This document shows positions 61,201 to 64,000 of a stretch of DNA of 64,000 nt, piece by piece. The notes beneath the pieces were generated by a model, which saw only the letters and a program-made list of their open reading frames with translations, was not told where the DNA came from and made no database searches. The translations under genes were made by a program, and so were the position numbers. The first letter of the stretch is position 1. The number at the start of each line of letters is the position of its first letter. The stretch comes from Squalus acanthias (lineage: Eukaryota). Location of the stretch: NCBI GenBank assembly GCA_030390025.1, contig CM059431.1, positions 139,998,001 to 140,062,000 of the forward strand, read 5' to 3'.

Positions 61201-64000
61201 GAAACTGTGAAGGTACAAAGCTAGAAACATTGGAGATTCAAAGCTAGAAACAGTGGAGATCGAAAGCTAGAAACAGTGGAGTTCCAAAGCTAGAAACAGT
61301 GAAGGTCCAATGCTAGAAACAGTGGAGGTCCAAAGTTAGAAACAGTGGAGATACAAAGCTGGAAACAGTGAAGGTCGAAATCGAGAAACAGTGGAGCTCC
61401 AAAGCTAGAAACAGTGGAGATACAAAGCTGGATACAGTGAAGGTCCAAAGCTAGAAACAGTGGAAGTCCAAAGCTAGAAACAGTGTAGCTCCAAAGCTAG
61501 AAACAGTGGAGGTCCAAAGCTAGAAACAGTGGAGATACAAAGCTGGAAACAGTGAAGGTGCAAAGCTAGAAACAGTGGAGGTCCAAAGCTAGAAACAGTG
61601 AAGGTCCAAAGCTAGAAACAGTGAAGGTCCAAAGCTAGAAACGGTGGAGATACAAAGCTGGAAACAGTGAAGGTCCAAAGCTAGAAACAGTGGAGCTCCA
61701 AAGCTAGAAACAGTGGAGGTCCAAAACTAGAAACTGTGAAGGTCCAAAGCTAGAAACAGTGAAGGTCCAAAGATAGAAACTGTGAAGGTCCAACGCTAGA
61801 AACAGTGGTGGTCCAAAGCTAGAAATAGTGGTGGTCCAAAGCTAGAAACAGTGGAGGTCCAAAGCTAGAAACTGTGAAGATCCAAAGCTAGAAACAGTGA
61901 AGGTCCAAAGCCAGAAACAGTGGAGGTCCAATTATAGAGACAGTGAAGGTCCAAAGCTAGAAACTGTGAAGGTCCAAAGCTAGAAACTGTGAAGGACCAA
62001 AGCTAGAAACAGTGGAGGTTCAAAGTTAGAAACTCGGAAGGTCCAAAGCTAGAAACAGTGAATATCCAAAGCTAAAAACAGTGAAGGTCCAAAGCTAGAT
62101 AGAGTGAAGATCCGAAGCTGGAAAGAGAGGACATCCAAAGCTAGAAACAGTGGAGGTCCAAAGGTAGAAACAGTGAAGGTCCAAAGCTAGAAAGAGTGAA
62201 GATCCAAAGCTAGAAACAGTGGAGATCCAAAGCTAGAAAGAGTGAATGTCCAATGCTAGAAAAAGTGGAGATCCAATGCTAGAAACAGTGCAGGTCCAAA
62301 GCTAGAAACAGTGGAGATCCAAAGCAAAAAGATTGAATGTCCAAAGCTAGAAAGAGTGTAGATCCAAAACTAGAAACAGTGATGGTCCAAATCTAGCAAA
62401 AGCGGAGGTCCAAAGCTAGAAAGACTGAAGGTCCAAAACTAGAAACAGTGGAGATCCAATCTAGAAACAGTGGAGATACAAAGCTAGAAACAGTAGTAGA
62501 CATAAGCTAGAAACAGTGGAGCTCCAAAGCTAGAAACAGTGGAGGCCCAAAGCTAGAAACAGTGAAGGTCCAATGCTCGAAACAGTGGAGGTCCAAAGTT
62601 AGAAACAGTGGAGATACAAAGCTGGAAACAGTGAAGGTCCAAAGCTAGAAACAGTGGAGCTCCAAAGCTAGAAACAGTGGAGATACAAAGCTGGAAACAG
62701 TGAAGGTCCAAACCTAGAAAAAGTGGAGGTCCAAAGCTAGAAACTGTGAAGATCCAAAGCTAGAAACAGTGAAGAGCAAAAGCTAGAAACAGTGGAGGTC
62801 CAAAGCTAGAAACAGTGGAGGTCCAAAGCTAGAAACAGTGAAGGTCCAAAGCTAGAAACAGTGAAGGTCAAAGCTAGAAACTGTGAAGGTCCAAAGCTAG
62901 AAACAGTGAAGATCCAAAGCTAGAAACAGTGGAGATCCAAAGCTAGAAACAGTGAAGGTCCAAAGCTAGAAACTGTGAAGGTCCAAAGCTAGAAACTGTG
63001 AAGGTCCAAAGCTAGAAACAGTGAAGGTTCCAAAGCTAGAGACAGTGGAGGTCCAAACCTAGAAACAGTGGAGATCCAAAGCTAGAAACAGTGAAGGTCC
63101 AATGCTAGAAACAGTGGAGGTCCAAAGCTAGAAATGCTGAAGGTCCAAAGCTAGAAACAGTGGAGGTCCAAAGCTAGAAACAGTGAAGGTCCAATGCTAG
63201 AAACAGTGGAGGTCCAAAGCTAGAAACAGTGGAGATACAAAGTTGGAAACAGTGAAGGTCCAAAGCTAGAAACAGTGGAGCTCCAAAGCTAGAAACAGTG
63301 GAGATACAAAGCTGGATAAAGTGAAGGTCCAAAGCTAGAAACAGTGGAGATCCAAAGCTAGACACAGTGAAGGTCCAAAGCTAGAAACTGTGAAGGTGCA
63401 AAGCTAGAAAGAGTGAAGGTCCAAAGCTAGAAAGAGAGGAGATCCAAAGCTAGAAACAGTGGAGTTCCAAAGCTAGAAAGAGTGAAGGTCCGAAGCTAGA
63501 AACAGTGGAGATACAAAGCTGGAAACAGTGAAGGTCCAAACCTAGAAAAAGTGGAGGTCCAAAGCTAGAAACTGTGAAGATCCAAAGCTAGAAACAGTGA
63601 AGAGCAAAAGCTAGAAACAGTGGAGGTCCAAAGCTAGAAACAGTGGAGGTCCAAAGCTAGAAACAGTGAAGGTCCAAAGCTAGAAACAGTGAAGGTTCAA
63701 AGCTAGAAACTGTGAAGGTCCAAAGCTAGAAACAGTGAAGATCCAAAGCTAGAAACAGTGGAGATACAAAGCTGGAAACAGTGAAGGTCCAAAACTAGAA
63801 ACTGTGAAGGTCCAAAGCTAGAAACTGTGAAGGTCCAAAGCTAGAAACAATGAAGTTCCAAAGCTAGAGACAGTGGAGGTCCAAACCTAGAAACAGTGGA
63901 GATCCAAAGCTAGAAACAGTGAAGGTCCAATGCTAGAAACAGTGGAGGTCCAAAGCTAGAAATGCTGAAGGTCCAAAGCTAGAAACAGTGGAGGTCCAAA
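52240..64000. repeat. 23-bp satellite (TCCAAAGCTAGAAACAGTG[G/A]AGG)n with higher-order duplications
   Basis: About 500 tandem units running to the window end. Confidence 0.97.

Noticed and set aside
52240..64000. CRISPR-like array, or ORFs at 58395-58598 and 63174-63365
   Set aside because: Contiguous tandem units without unique spacers, no cas genes, eukaryotic context; the ORFs are translated satellite

Overview
Repeat-rich vertebrate genomic DNA, most likely a shark or other elasmobranch (HE1-type V-SINE, Deu-domain SINE, CR1/L2 LINEs, Penelope elements). The main feature is a pair of related minus-strand endogenous retroviruses, each with LTRs, a 4-bp TSD, a tRNA-Leu PBS and a PPT. ERV-A (1530-8634) is very young and lacks pol. 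It keeps gag (MHR plus PPxY, YPxL and PTAP late domains), an unknown accessory ORF behind its own splice acceptor, and an env laid out like a paramyxovirus/baculovirus F protein (lokiretrovirus-like by inference). ERV-B (15406-23779) is older and mosaic: RT and integrase remnants, plus an env whose middle is replaced by foreign DNA carrying part of a second, divergent env. Both proviruses lie in or next to a loose, partly decayed tRNA gene cluster (Asn, Val, Glu, Trp, 3x Lys). The rest holds two Penelope elements with hammerhead-like cores, a near full-length CR1, one intact host gene (B3GALT5-like, 51160-52092, minus) and a >11.7-kb 23-bp satellite that probably lies in that gene's upstream intron. 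All homology calls are by eye; no searches were run.
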